Positions 1 through 18,226 are shown, counted from the first letter of the stretch. The stretch: 64,000 nucleotides of DNA from Eledone cirrhosa (GCA_964016885.1 CAXHJY010000545.1:1-64000); one strand, 5' to 3'. Notes: generated by a model from the sequence alone, not told the origin. Made by a program: numbers and translations.

Positions 1-774
<774 letters not shown>

Positions 775-775
<1 letters not shown>

Positions 776-1628
776 TTGTTATATTTGGGGAGGGTCATAT
801 TTGCGTAATATTGCCAGAATTAATAACAGAACACACTCACTGTTTGGTTGGTTTTCGCTTCTCGCTGTCTTTTATATATATCTGCGATCTAACTTACTCG
901 GTCCTCAATGTTGCCATTGACTGACCGGCGGTCAAAAATAATACAGATACAATATAGACAAACACATATATATATAGTTTACATAATTTACATAAATCTT
1001 TCGTTGCACATCTGCAACATCGTCAGTGGTGTTATATTCATTGTTCCTCCTGTTGTGTTGTATGTCTACGCCATTTTTTTTTGTTCAGTCTGTCTATATA
1101 TTTATTTATTTATTTATTTGCTTGTTTGTTTATCTTATTTTATTTTGTCTTCTTTGCGCATGCGTTTGCGTGTGTGTATAGTGTTATGTGTGATGTGTGA
1201 CTAGTGTGTATAGTGTTGTGTCTGCTGGGTGGCTAGTGTGTGTTTATGTGCTTGTGTATGTATTTATATATCTTATTTTATTTATTTTATTTAATTTACT
1301 TATTTATTTATACTTCTCTTAGGTCAGTGTTGTTTGTTTTGGTGGTGTTGTTGTTGTTCCACTCATTCTTTCTGTTTAGCTTTGGTCTTCTAATTTCTAT
1401 TTCACTGGCCTCTCTGATTTGCCTATCTGCTGGGTCATTCCTATGTTTAGATATTATTCTAATTTCTATGTTGTCTATGTTACCGTCATGTTGTTGTCTA
1501 GCATGTTCGTATAGTACTGACCCGTTTTTTCGTCCTTTTAGTTCCCCCCAGTGTTGGTCTATCCTTTCACCTATGCTACGAGCTGTCTCACCTATGTATG
1601 TTGTTGTCGTGTTTCTGCAAGTACCCTC

Positions 1629-1635
<7 letters not shown>
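775..1635 (-). mobile_element. Penelope-like element family B, 5'-truncated copy (GIY-YIG C-terminus + 3' pLTR)
   Basis: Encodes [28 protein letters not shown]...LNRKNEW; near-identical to 12112-12973; both ends fused to (AT)n. Confidence 0.92.
989..1031 (-). ncRNA. Minimal hammerhead ribozyme-like motif in family B pLTR (second copy 12330-12372)
   Basis: Minus strand CUGACGA-U-GUUGCA(GAUG)UGCAAC-GAAA-GAUU-UA; core and 6-bp stem II clear, stem I weak. Confidence 0.7.
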
Positions 1636-4369
<2,734 letters not shown>

Positions 4370-4586
4370 TTCGTTTCTGAATTTGTTTAGCAAGATTCTT
4401 TATCTGAAATCGTGTGTTGAAACCGATATTGTTATACTTTGGGAGGGTCATGTTGCCAATAAGAAACACACGCACCAGTTGCTTTCACTTCAATTTAATT
4501 TAATATATATTTATAAATTTACAAATTTATAAATTTCTGGTTGGTTGGTTGGTTCCACAACCAGATAGTTGTTTATATATATATAT

Positions 4587-4631
4587 AGTCATAGTTCTTT
4601 CGTCACACACTCTGTGACCTCTTCAGTGACT
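4587..4631 (-). ncRNA. Minimal type I hammerhead ribozyme in family A pLTR
   Basis: AGUCA-CUGAAGA-G-GUCAC(AGAGUGU)GUGAC-GAAA-GAAC-UA-UGACU; 5-bp stems I and II. Confidence 0.85.
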
Positions 4632-4677
4632 GGGGATTTCTTTCTTCGTTTCTGTGCCTTTCCTTTCTTCTATCCTA

Positions 4678-4724
4678 CGCCATTTTGTTTGTGTGTGGGT
4701 TGCGTGCTCAGTTTGCGCATGCGC
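4678..4724 (-). promoter_or_regulatory. Candidate pLTR promoter motifs: YY1-like CGCCATTTT (4678-4686) and NRF1/Ewg-like TGCGCATGCGC (4714-4724)
   Basis: Same motifs in the same order in the otherwise dissimilar family B pLTR (1069-1077, 1155-1164). Confidence 0.55.
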
Positions 4725-4873
4725 CACATCCGGGTGTCTGTGTGTGTTTGTGTTCATTTTTCTATTTTTCTATTTATATTTGTTTGTTTATTTATTTATT
4801 TATTGTTGGTTGGTTGTTTGTTCTATGTGTGTGTGTGTTTTCATTTTGTCTTGTGTGTGTTTTCATTTTGTCC

Positions 4874-7800
4874 TTAATTGTAAGTTGTGATGTTGCTGTT
4901 CCACTCATATTTTCTATTTAATTTTGGTTTTAATTCTTTTATGCTTACTGCCTCTGTAATTTGCCTAAACATTGCGTCTTTCTTGTGTGTGGATTCTATT
5001 TTTATTTCTATGCTCTCTAATTTACCCCTGTGTTCTATCTTAGCATGTTGGTAGAGCACAGATGATTCTTTACTATCTTGGAGGTCTCGCCAGTGTTTAT
5101 TTATTCGTTCCCCTATACTACGAGCTGTCTCACCTATGTACACTATATTTTTGTTTCTACATTGTCCTTCAGTACATCTTATGCTATATACTACATTTCT
5201 AGTTTTACAGTTAATATGGGGGCTTATTTTACAGGTTATACATTTCTTATCTATACATGAGGGTCTTTGGAACGGGTATGTCTTGCTAATAAGTGTTTTT
5301 ACGGAGGTACCAGGTCTTTCTACTATCTTAATATTGAGATTATGTTTCTTTAGGGCCCTTCTAAATTTGTAGGCTAGTTCGCCTCTAGGGGTTGTATTGA
5401 TGAACATTACACTCTGGTATTTATTGCTATCATACCATGAGTTTATTCTATTGGCCTTGTTCTTAGTTCTTTCTATTCTATTCCAAAATTTGCTCCTATA
5501 CAAGGGGCAGGTCCCATTTATGTCATTATTTACCATTTTTTCCCATTTGGTTCTGGCTCCTTTATACACTCTGATTCTATCTCTCTGATTGTAGCCAGAG
5601 AACTGCATACGGTGGATGAAGTGTTGTATGTGTCTCTCTAGTTCTTCGGGGTTGCACATGCGGGACACATTTCTCATCACCCGTATCAAATCCGCAATCA
5701 GTATGTTGATTTTGGTATGGTCCGAAATGGCCGAGTTTCGGTGGATCAGATGTTTGGAAGTCATGGGTTTGGCATAATGGGAATGGAGGATTTGTTTTTG
5801 GTTGTTAATAGTATCTAACCAGAGCTCTGTGTCTAGTACAGGTAATCGATGGTTGGGGTGTCTACTTGGGTAGTCTATAGTAACTCTAATGCTCTGGTGG
5901 ATGGAGTTTGCTATTTGCTGGATGCTTTCCATTGTGTTTTTCTCTGGTTCCTGACTGTTCTTTAGTGGGGGTGTCTTAACTACGATGTTTATATCATCTA
6001 CGTAGCGGGAGTACATTATCAGGGTTAAGCTGTCTTCTAATTGTTCTTTAAGTTTTTGTTTAAGTCTACTGTCCCACCATACCATGAACAAGTTAGCTAT
6101 GTCGCCTGCAATGCTAACACCAATGGCTGCTCCTTCCTCTTGGGCATATGTTTTACCATTAAATTTGAACATATGTTCCTTAAGGGTTAATTTTATGCTG
6201 GCCCCTACCGCATGTGCAATCATTTTCTTCAGTTCATCGTGGTTTTCGGGTGTCCGTATGGCTCTGGTCCACCCGTTCCATCTATCTGTGTGGGTTTTCT
6301 TGGCCATTGAGGTAATGGTAGGTGGTCTGCCTCTTGCTGGTCTTGTAGGGCACAGGTTGCTAAGGTCATAAGTGTCTAGGTAACTATTACTATGGGTAAG
6401 CTTAAGTAGAAGTCCCAGCTCACTGGTATCAATCCCCCGGAACTCAACCTTGCTCTCGCTGATCATTTCGACGCATTTCTCCACAGCAAAATCCACGTCA
6501 ATAGATGGATACAGGGACACAACATCCATACTGCCTATTATGCAGTTTGTTAGGTCCCCAGATCGGTTACCCGCGCCGATTCTGCTGAGGAGGTCCTCCG
6601 TGCTGTCACACACATCTGGGGACATCTCAATGATGGGGCGTATGATCAGGGAGAGGAAGTAGGACAGTCTGTAGTTACTAGCAATGTTAGCCCCACAGAC
6701 TGGCCGTGTTGGTGGTCCCGCGACAGGGTCCCAGCCCGTTTTATGGTCTTTTCGAAGCCCATACAACGCCGGCACGTCATTGTTCCAGGCCTGGAAGTTG
6801 TTGGCAGTCCTTTTGTTGGGCTGCATTATATTTGTCCACATCACCATATGGGCATTGAGGGTTTTTTCTCTATCCTCATGCTCCTGTGGTGTTACCTCTC
6901 TTGTGTTAGTGATGTGGGGTTGCATTGCCTGGATGTACTTTGGCAGGCTGTCAACCGACATTCTGTCAGACTTGTCTGTTGGAAAGCATGCTATCTCTCC
7001 ATTACGCGAGCGCTGCATGAGCTTACGCAAGCCATTTGCAGATTCTTCTCCCAGTTGCTGGGCCTCTATTCTATTATGCTTCTTGCTATACTGTTCTATA
7101 ATATTTCTAAGTTCGGATTTAGCTATACTAAATTGTGCTTCTGTTTGTTCATCGACCTGCGACGGCAACTGCATGCGTTTGTTAAATGGCAAAGTTGTGG
7201 CGTGGACTCGTCGTAGGTCGAATGATTTATCGGAGGGGTTATAAAACGGAGAGTTCCAGGCTGCTGCTTGATGTGTACTAGTGCTATTGTTAGTTGTGTT
7301 GTTTCTATTTCCACCAACAGCAGCAGCCTCAGCTTCATGGTTGTTTCTATGTCTCTCATAATTACTCCTGTCTCTTTCCACTGGCTCAATGTTGTTATCT
7401 ACCCTATTTTGTGTGTCTGTGTGTTCGTCTTGGTTATTCTCTTTGTCCTTAGTCTCCCTACTCCTTTTAATCCTATTACTTTCTCTTATTTCTCTGATTT
7501 CTGTGCTACTGTCATTACTTGTTTTCTGTGTCTGTGTGTTTGTTAAGATTGTAGTGGTGGTGAGAGGCATTGAATGTGTGTGTGTTGTTGTTGTTGATGT
7601 GTGTTGTTGTTGATGTGTGTTGTTGTCTCCGTGTGTGTGTGTGTTATCGTTGTTGTGTGTGTTGTTATTGTTGTTTGTGTTTGCGTGTCTGTTGTTGTTG
7701 TATCTGGGTATGTTGCTGTTGTTGTTGTTGTTGATGTGTGTGTTGTTGTTATTGTTGTCTCCGTGTGTGTTGTTATTGTTGTTTGTGTCTGCGTGTCTGT

Positions 7801-8680
7801 TGTATCTGGGTATGTTGCTATTGTTGGTGTTGTATCTGGGTATGTTGCTATTGTTGTTGTTATTGTTGTTTGTGTCTGTGTGTCTGTTGTTGTTGGGATG
7901 TGTGTTGTATATGTGTGTGCGTATATTGTTGCTTTTGTTTTTGTTTTTGATGCTCCAGCGTAGTTTCGTAAATGATTTTTCTATTTCTGACAGACAACTA
8001 ATCATATTTACCTTCTTGAATGTCGCAAATTTGGGTGGCAGACGTAACACAGACATTTCATTATTATCTATTTTCGTGTTTCCATAAATGTTGGTATTTT
8101 CATTGTTGAACTCTTCAGATAATGAGGTGTCGGCCATGTTGATACCGTCAATTTTGTCGGGATATCTATTGGTATACTCTATAGTATCCCGATTTAGCTT
8201 TGCCTGTTTAAGCCACTTTAATTTTCTGTTAAAGTGCTTATTACATTCTTGAGTAATGTACTGTTCTTCGGGGCGTATAAGGCTTATAAATGTTAGTTTT
8301 TCTGCTGGTGTGGTGATTTTAGATATTTCATCTATTAGGTTACGCTTTAGTTTTTCTTGATTACTTAATTCTCTATAGATCTTCTTTTTTATGTTTAGAA
8401 TTAAAGTTCGTTTTAGCCTATCTGCTTGTTTTTTGGTGAGTTGTAATCTTCTAACGTCGGTATTGATGGTGTTGGTGTAGATTCTAGAAGTGGTGCACAG
8501 TTTTATGAAGTGTAGTTGTCGAGATGTTATGGTTTTTCGTAGACAACAGAACATGGTGGTTTTCAGTATCTTGTTAGCCTGGCTAAGGCTTACGATATTT
8601 CGTTTCTGAATTTGTTTAGCAAGATTCTTTATCTGAAATCGTGTGTTGAAACCGATATTGTTATACTTTGGGAGGGTCAT
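4874..8680 (-). CDS. Penelope-like RT / GIY-YIG endonuclease polyprotein (1268 aa from ATG 8680, MTLPKYNN...)
   Basis: CFPTDKS, LYGLRKDHK, RPVCGA, GSMDVVSLYPSI, GAAIG, SRYVDD, LPVLD, CxxxxCxxC linker, NVVYSIRC...[19 protein letters not shown]; Asn/His/Thr-rich linker. Confidence 0.93.
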   Translation of the reverse strand: MTLPKYNNIGFNTRFQIKNLAKQIQKRNIVSLSQANKILKTTMFCCLRKTITSRQLHFIKLCTTSRIYTNTINTDVRRLQLTKKQADRLKRTLILNIKKKIYRELSNQEKLKRNLIDEISKITTPAEKLTFISLIRPEEQYITQECNKHFNRKLKWLKQAKLNRDTIEYTNRYPDKIDGINMADTSLSEEFNNENTNIYGNTKIDNNEMSVLRLPPKFATFKKVNMISCLSEIEKSFTKLRWSIKNKNKSNNIRTHIYNTHPNNNRHTDTNNNNNNNSNIPRYNTNNSNIPRYNRHADTNNNNNTHGDNNNNNTHINNNNNSNIPRYNNNRHANTNNNNNTHNNDNTHTHGDNNTHQQQHTSTTTTHTHSMPLTTTTILTNTQTQKTSNDSSTEIREIRESNRIKRSRETKDKENNQDEHTDTQNRVDNNIEPVERDRSNYERHRNNHEAEAAAVGGNRNNTTNNSTSTHQAAAWNSPFYNPSDKSFDLRRVHATTLPFNKRMQLPSQVDEQTEAQFSIAKSELRNIIEQYSKKHNRIEAQQLGEESANGLRKLMQRSRNGEIACFPTDKSDRMSVDSLPKYIQAMQPHITNTREVTPQEHEDREKTLNAHMVMWTNIMQPNKRTANNFQAWNNDVPALYGLRKDHKTGWDPVAGPPTRPVCGANIASNYRLSYFLSLIIRPIIEMSPDVCDSTEDLLSRIGAGNRSGDLTNCIIGSMDVVSLYPSIDVDFAVEKCVEMISESKVEFRGIDTSELGLLLKLTHSNSYLDTYDLSNLCPTRPARGRPPTITSMAKKTHTDRWNGWTRAIRTPENHDELKKMIAHAVGASIKLTLKEHMFKFNGKTYAQEEGAAIGVSIAGDIANLFMVWWDSRLKQKLKEQLEDSLTLIMYSRYVDDINIVVKTPPLKNSQEPEKNTMESIQQIANSIHQSIRVTIDYPSRHPNHRLPVLDTELWLDTINNQKQILHSHYAKPMTSKHLIHRNSAISDHTKINILIADLIRVMRNVSRMCNPEELERHIQHFIHRMQFSGYNQRDRIRVYKGARTKWEKMVNNDINGTCPLYRSKFWNRIERTKNKANRINSWYDSNKYQSVMFINTTPRGELAYKFRRALKKHNLNIKIVERPGTSVKTLISKTYPFQRPSCIDKKCITCKISPHINCKTRNVVYSIRCTEGQCRNKNIVYIGETARSIGERINKHWRDLQDSKESSVLYQHAKIEHRGKLESIEIKIESTHKKDAMFRQITEAVSIKELKPKLNRKYEWNSNITTYN

Positions 8681-8813
8681 GTTGCCAATAAGAAACACAC
8701 GCACCAGTTGCTTTCACTTCAATTTAATTTAATATATATTTATAAATTTACAAATTTATAAATTTCTGGTTGGTTGGTTGGTTCCACAACCAGATAGTTG
8801 TTTATATATATAT

Positions 8814-8858
8814 AGTCATAGTTCTTTCGTCACACACTCTGTGACCTCTTCAGTGACT
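8814..8858 (-). ncRNA. Minimal type I hammerhead ribozyme in the upstream family A pLTR, about 135 nt 5' of the ORF ATG
   Basis: Same sequence as 4587-4631. Confidence 0.85.
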
Positions 8859-9100
8859 GGGGATTTCTTTCTTCGTTTCTGTGCCTTTCCTTTCTTCTAT
8901 CCTACGCCATTTTGTTTGTGTGTGGGTTGCGTGCTCAGTTTGCGCATGCGCCACATCCGGGTGTCTGTGTGTGTTTGTGTTCATTTTTCTATTTTTCTAT
9001 TTATATTTGTTTGTTTATTTATTTATTTATTGTTGGTTGGTTGTTTGTTCTATGTGTGTGTGTGTTTTCATTTTGTCTTGTGTGTGTTTTCATTTTGTCC

Positions 9101-10560
9101 TTAATTGTAAGTTGTGATGTTGCTGTTCCACTCATATTTTCTATTTAATTTTGGTTTTAATTCTTTTATGCTTACTGCCTCTGTAATTTGCCTAAACATT
9201 GCGTCTTTCTTGTGTGTGGATTCTATTTTTATTTCTATGCTCTCTAATTTACCCCTGTGTTCTATCTTAGCATGTTGGTAGAGCACAGATGATTCTTTAC
9301 TATCTTGGAGGTCTCGCCAGTGTTCATTTATTCGTTCCCCTATACTACGAGCTGTCTCACCTATGTACACTATATTTTTGTTTCTACATTGTCCTTCAGT
9401 ACATCTTATGCTATATACTACATTTCTAGTTTTACAGTTAATATGGGGGCTTATTTTACAGGTTATACATTTCTTATCTATACATGAGGGTCTTTGGAAC
9501 GGGTATGTCTTGCTAATAAGTGTTTTTACGGAGGTGCCAGGTCTTTCTACTATCTTAATATTGAGATTATGTTTCTTTAGGGCCCTTCTAAATTTGTAGG
9601 CTAGTTCGCCTCTAGGGGTTGTATTGATGAACATTACACTCTGGTATTTATTGCTATCATACCATGAGTTTATTCTATTGGCCTTGTTCTTAGTTCTTTC
9701 TATTCTATTCCAAAATTTGCTCCTATACAAGGGGCAGGTCCCATTTATGTCATTATTTACCATTTTTTCCCATTTGGTTCTGGCTCCTTTATACACTCTG
9801 ATTCTATCTCTCTGATTGTAGCCAGAGAACTGCATACGGTGGATGAAGTGTTGTATGTGTCTCTCTAGTTCTTCGGGGTTGCACATGCGGGACACATTTC
9901 TCATCACCCGTATCAAATCCGCAATCAGTATGTTGATTTTGGTATGGTCCGAAATGGCCGAGTTTCGGTGGATCAGATGTTTGGAAGTCATGGGTTTGGC
10001 ATAATGGGAATGGAGGATTTGTTTTTGGTTGTTAATAGTATCTAACCAGAGCTCTGTGTCTAGTACAGGTAATCGATGGTTGGGGTGTCTACTTGGGTAG
10101 TCTATAGTAACTCTAATGCTCTGGTGGATGGAGTTTGCTATTTGCTGGATGCTTTCCATTGTGTTTTTCTCTGGTTCCTGACTGTTCTTTAGTGGGGGTG
10201 TCTTAACTACGATGTTTATATCATCTACGTAGCGGGAGTACATTATCAGGGTTAAGCTGTCTTCTAATTGTTCTTTAAGTTTTTGTTTAAGTCTACTGTC
10301 CCACCATACCATGAACAAGTTAGCTATGTCGCCTGCAATGCTAACACCAATGGCTGCTCCTTCCTCTTGGGCATATGTTTTACCATTAAATTTGAACATA
10401 TGTTCCTTAAGGGTTAATTTTATGCTGGCCCCTACCGCATGTGCAATCATTTTCTTCAGTTCATCGTGGTTTTCGGGTGTCCGTATGGCTCTGGTCCACC
10501 CGTTCCATCTATCTGTGTGGGTTTTCTTGGCCATTGAGGTAATGGTAGGTGGTCTGCCTC

Positions 10561-10565
<5 letters not shown>
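9101..10565 (-). pseudogene. 5'-truncated family A ORF (RT C-terminal half + GIY-YIG)
   Basis: 477-aa ORF nearly identical to the C-terminus of 4874-8680. Confidence 0.9.
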
Positions 10566-12111
<1,546 letters not shown>

Positions 12112-15100
12112 ATTGTTATATTTGGGGAGGGTCATATTTGCGTAATATTGCCAGAATTAATAACAGAACACACTCACTGTTTGGTTGGTTTTCGCTTCTC
12201 GCTGTCTTTTATATATATATATCTGCGATCTAACTTACTCGGTCCTCAATGTTGCCATTGACTGACCGGCGGTCAAAAATAATACAGATACAATATAGAC
12301 AAACACATATATATATAGTTTACATAATTTACATAAATCTTTCGTTGCACATCTGCAACATCGTCAGTGGTGTTATATTCATTGTTCCTCCTGTTGTGTT
12401 GTATGTCTACGCCATTTTTTTTTGTTCAGTCTGTCTATATATTTATTTATTTATTTGCTTGTTTGTTTATCTTATTTTATTTTGTCTTCTTTGCGCATGC
12501 GTTTGCGTGTGTGTATAGTGTTATGTGTGATGTGTGACTAGTGTGTATAGTGTTGTGTCTGCTGGGTGACTAGTGTGTGTTTATGTGCTTGTGTATGTAT
12601 TTATTTATCTTATTTTATTTATTTTATTTAATTTACTTATTTATTTATACTTCTCTTAGGTCAGTGTTGTTTGTTTTGGTGGTGTTGTTGTTGTTCCACT
12701 CATTCTTTCTGTTTAGCTTTGGTCTTCTAATTTCTATTTCACTGGCCTCTCTGATTTGCCTATCTGCTGGGTCATTCCTATGTTTAGATATTATTCTAAT
12801 TTCTATGTTGTCTATGTTACCGTCATGTTGTTGTCTAGCATGTTCGTATAGTACTGACCCGTTTTTTCGTCCTTTTAGTTCCCCCCAGTGTTGGTCTATC
12901 CTTTCACCTATGCTACGAGCTGTCTCACCTATGTATGTTGTTGTCGTGTTTCTGCAAGTACCCTCTGTACATCTTATGCTATAGACTACGTTTCTAGTTT
13001 TACAGTTTATCCGGGGGTTCACCTTACATATGATACATTTCCTATTGGTACAGTGGGTTTTCTTAAAAGGGTAGGTTTTGCTGATCAGGGATTTTATGGT
13101 GGTTCCTGGCTTTTCTACCACCTTTATTTTTAAGTGGGTCTTTCTCAGGGCCTTTCTACACTGGTTAGCTAATTTCCCTCCAGGGGTGGCGTCCACAAAC
13201 ATGACACTCTGATATCTCTGGTTGTCGTACCACTTATGTCTAGCCCTATCTAAGCTATTCCATGATTTGCTCCTGTATAGTGGGCAAATTCCTTTCATGT
13301 CCAGTTCTATGAGGGTCTTATACTTTTCCATGGCTCCTTCGTATACTCTGACTCTGTCTCTTTGGTTGTAGCCAGAGAACTGCATGCGGTTGATGAAGTG
13401 TTGGATGTGTCCTTCCATTTCTGTTGGGTCGCACATGCTGGACACATTCTTCATCACTCGTACCAAATCTGCGATCAGAATATTAAACTTAGCACTACTG
13501 GACATTGCTGAGTTTTTGAGTATCAGGTATTTGGAGCCATGGGTTAGCATAGTGTGAGTGGAGAATTTGGGCTCTCTCGTCTATAGTGTTAATCCAGAGT
13601 TCTGTGTCTAATACAGGTAGTCTATTGTTAGGGTGTTTGGAAGGGAAGTCTATAGTTACAGTTATACTCTGGTGTATGGAATTAGCTATCTGCTGGATGC
13701 TTTCCATCGTGCTACGTTCTAAATCAAACTTGTTAGTGCTCTCTAGTGGGGGTGTTTCTTATAACTATATTGATATCGTCTACATAACGAGAGTACATGA
13801 TGAGGTCTATGGAGCTTTCATTAAGGAGGAGATCTTTAAGTCTCCTTTCCCATCATACCATGAAAAGGTTGGCAACATCACCAGCTATGCTGACGCCGAT
13901 GGCTGCTCCCTCATTTTGGGTGTAGATTTTCTCATTGAACTTAAATATGTGGCCCTTTAGGGTAGTTTTGATACTAGCCCCTATTGCATGTGCGACCATT
14001 TTTCTTACCTGATCAGTGTTTTGGGGGGTCCGTATAGCTTTGGTCCACCCAATCCACCTTCCTATGGGAGTCTTTTTAGCCATTGAGGTTATGGTGGGGG
14101 GTCTACCTCTTATAGGTCTACTAGGGCAGAAACATCTAAGGTCATGGCTGTCTAGGTAGTCAGTGTCGTAGGTAAGTCTAAGTAGGAGTCCCAGTTCGTC
14201 TGTGTCGACGTCGCAGAACTCCACCTCACTCTCAATGATCATCTCCACACATCTTTTCACAGCAAAATCAATGTTAATGGATGGGTACAGTGACACCACA
14301 TCCATGCTGCCTATTATGCAGTTGGATAGGCTCCTGTTTTTGTTGCACTCACTGATTCTGCTGAGGAGGTCCTCTGTACTTTCACATACATCTGGGGACA
14401 TCTTGATTATGGGGCGTATAACCATTGAGAGGAAGTAGGAGATCCTGTAGTTGCTAGCTATATTAGCTCCGCATACGGGTCTTGTTGGTGGTCCTGTTGT
14501 CGGGTCGTCGACTGTCTTGTGGTCTTTGCGGAGCCCATACAAGGGTGGTATGCCATTGTTAGACGCCTGGAAGTTGTTGGCAGTGCGTCTGCTTGGCTTT
14601 AGGATGTCAGTCCACATCATCATGTGAGCGTTGAGGATTTTTTCTCTCCCATCGTGTGTTAGTTGTGCAACTTCGCTCGTGTTGGTGATGTGGGGTTGCA
14701 TTGCTCGATGTAGTTCGGCATGCTATCTATTGACATCCTACCAGACTTATCTGTGGGTAGACACACTACCTCACCATCCCTTGTGCGCTGCTTGAGGCTA
14801 ACCAAGCCTTCTACAGGTTTTATCCCAAGTTGTTGGGCCTCTGGTCTGCTCTGTCTCATAGTGTACTGTCTACTACTTGTCTAATCTTATTTCTAGCTAT
14901 GGTGAACTGTGCCTCTGTCTCGTCATCTATTTGCTGTGGTATGCAAAACTCTTTATTAAAGGGTAACCGCGTAGAATAGATATTACCCATCTTATATGTT
15001 TTGTCAGCTGGTTGAAAAATAGTTTCTCTAAGGGGTTGTCGTTATTTCTATCGTCATAGTTGTGTGTGTTGCTATTATTGTTATCATGGTGGTTGTTGTT

Positions 15101-15354
15101 GTTTCTATCATTAGCATTAATATTATTATTGTTATGATTGCTAGATGTATTGTTGTTTACTTCACCGTTATTGTTGTTGTTGTTACTGCTATTTCTACCA
15201 TTGTGGTTGTTACTATTAGTATGTTTCTTGTTTTTGTTGTGTTGCTACATGTACTATTCCATTATTACCACTGTGGTTATTGTTGTTGTTGTTGTTCGTA
15301 TTGTTACCGTTATACTACTGTGGTCACTGTTGCTGTGTCTGTGGTTAACGTTTC
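12112..15354 (-). mobile_element. Penelope-like element family B, long 5'-truncated frameshifted copy
   Basis: ORF pieces 14659-14859 (CLPTDKSG), 13853-14701 (RPVCGA, MDVVSLYPS), 13495-13707, 12645-13550 (GIY-YIG); paralogous to family A. Confidence 0.93.
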
Positions 15355-16210
15355 TATATATATATACATATATGTATATGTGTATATATATGTATATGTG
15401 TATATATATACATATATGTATATGTATATATATATACATATATGTATATGTATATATATATACATATATGTATATATATATACATATATGTATATATATG
15501 TATATGTCATATATATATACATATATGTATATATATATACATATATGTATATATATATACATATATGTATATATATGTATATATATATACATATATGTAT
15601 ATATATGTATATATACATATATGTATATATAGTATATATATATACATATATGTATATATATGTATATATATATACATATATGTATATATATGTATATATA
15701 TATACATATATGTATATATATGTATATATATATACATATATGTATATATATGTATATATATATACATATATGTATATATATGTATATATATATACATATA
15801 TGTATATATATGTATATATATATATACATATATTGTATATATATGTATATATATATACATATATGTATATATATGTATATATATATACATATATGTATAT
15901 ATATGTATATATATATACATATATGTATATATATGTATATATATATACATATATGTATATATATGTATATATATATACATATATGTATATATATGTATAT
16001 ATATATATATGTGTATATATATGTATATATGTATATAATGTATATATGTATATATATGTATATATGTATAATATATGTATATATATATACATATATGTAT
16101 ATGTATGTGTATATATATGTATATATGTATATATATATATACATATATGTATATATATGTATATATATATACATATATGTATAATATATGTATATATATA
16201 TACATATATG

Positions 16211-16241
<31 letters not shown>

Positions 16242-18226
16242 TACATTTATGTATATATATATATACATATATGTATATATATATTACATATATGTATATA
16301 TATATACATATATGTATATATATATACATATATGTATATATATATATACATATATGTATATATATATCATATATGTATAATATATATATACATTTATGTA
16401 TATATATATACATATATGTTATATATATATACATATATGTATATATATATACATATATGTATATATATATACATATATGTATATATATATACATATATGT
16501 ATATATATATACATTTATGTATATATATATACATATAGTATATATATATACATATATGTCTATATATATATACATATATGTCTATATAATATATACATAT
16601 ATGTCTATATATATATACATATATGTCTATATATATACATATATGTCTATATATATACATATATGTCTATATATATACATATATGTCTATATATATACAT
16701 ATATGTCTATATATATATCATATATGTATATATATATATACATATATGTATATATATATATACATATATGTCTATATATATACATATATGTCTATATATA
16801 CATATATGTATATATATATATACATATATGTATATATATATATACATATATGTATATATATATATACATATATGTATATATATATATACATATATGTATA
16901 TATATATATATACATATATGTATATATATATATACATATATGTATATATATATATACATAAATGTATATATATATATATACTATATGTATATATATATAC
17001 GTATATCTATATATATGTATATATATATACGTATATCTATATATATGTATATATATATACGTATATCTATATATATGTATATATATATACGTATATCTAT
17101 ATATATGTATATATATATATACGTATATCTATATATATGTATATATATATATACGTATATCTATATATAAGTATATATATATATACGTATATCTATATAT
17201 ATGTATATATATATACGTATATCTATATATATGTATATATATATAGTATATCTATATATATGTATATATATATATACGTATATCTATATATATGTAATTA
17301 TATATATATATATACGTATATCTATAAATGTATATATATATATACGTATATCTATATATATGTATATATATATACGTATATCTATATATATGTATATATA
17401 TATACGTATATCTATATATATGTATATATATATACGTATATCGATATATATGTATATATATATACATATATATCTATATATATGTATATATATATATATG
17501 TATATATATATACATATATATCTATATATATGTATATATATATACATATATATCTATATATATGTATATATATATATACATATATATCTATATATATGTA
17601 TATATATATATACATATATATCTATATATATGTATATATATATACATATATATCTATATATATGTATATATATATATACATATATATCTATATATATGTA
17701 TATATATATACATATATATCTATATATATGTATATATATATATACATATATATCTATATATATGTATATATATATACATATATATCTATATATATGTATA
17801 TATATATACATATATATCTATATATATGTATATATATATACATATATATCTATATATATGTATATTATATATACATATATATCTATATATATGTATATAT
17901 ATATACATATATATCTATATATATGTATATAATATACATATATATCTATATATATGTATATATATATACATATATATCTATATATATGTATATATATATA
18001 CATATATGTCTATATATATGTATATATATATACATATATGTCTATATATATATACATATATGTATATATATATACGTATATGTATATATAATATATATAT
18101 ATATACGTATATCTATATATATATATATACATATATGTATATATATATATATATCTATGTATATATATATATACGTATATGTATATATATATATACATAT
18201 ATGTATATATATATATACATATATGT
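15355..18226. repeat. Degenerate (AT)n array with local higher-order units (CATATATG, TGTCTA, TACGTATATCTA)
   Basis: Direct reading. Confidence 0.97.

Noticed and set aside
830-900. Splice-donor-like GTAAGT/GTGAGT in the pLTR (PLE intron)
   Set aside because: No convincing acceptor and weak conservation in family A; needs RNA-seq
885-940. HDV-like or twister ribozyme, or SECIS, in the family B GCAA hairpin
   Set aside because: Could not build the required pseudoknots or the UGA/GA quartet; kept only as a hairpin
8681-8704. ORF start at 8704 as given in the track
   Set aside because: Non-ATG start; the ATG at 8680 (MTLPKYNN) is conserved in both families
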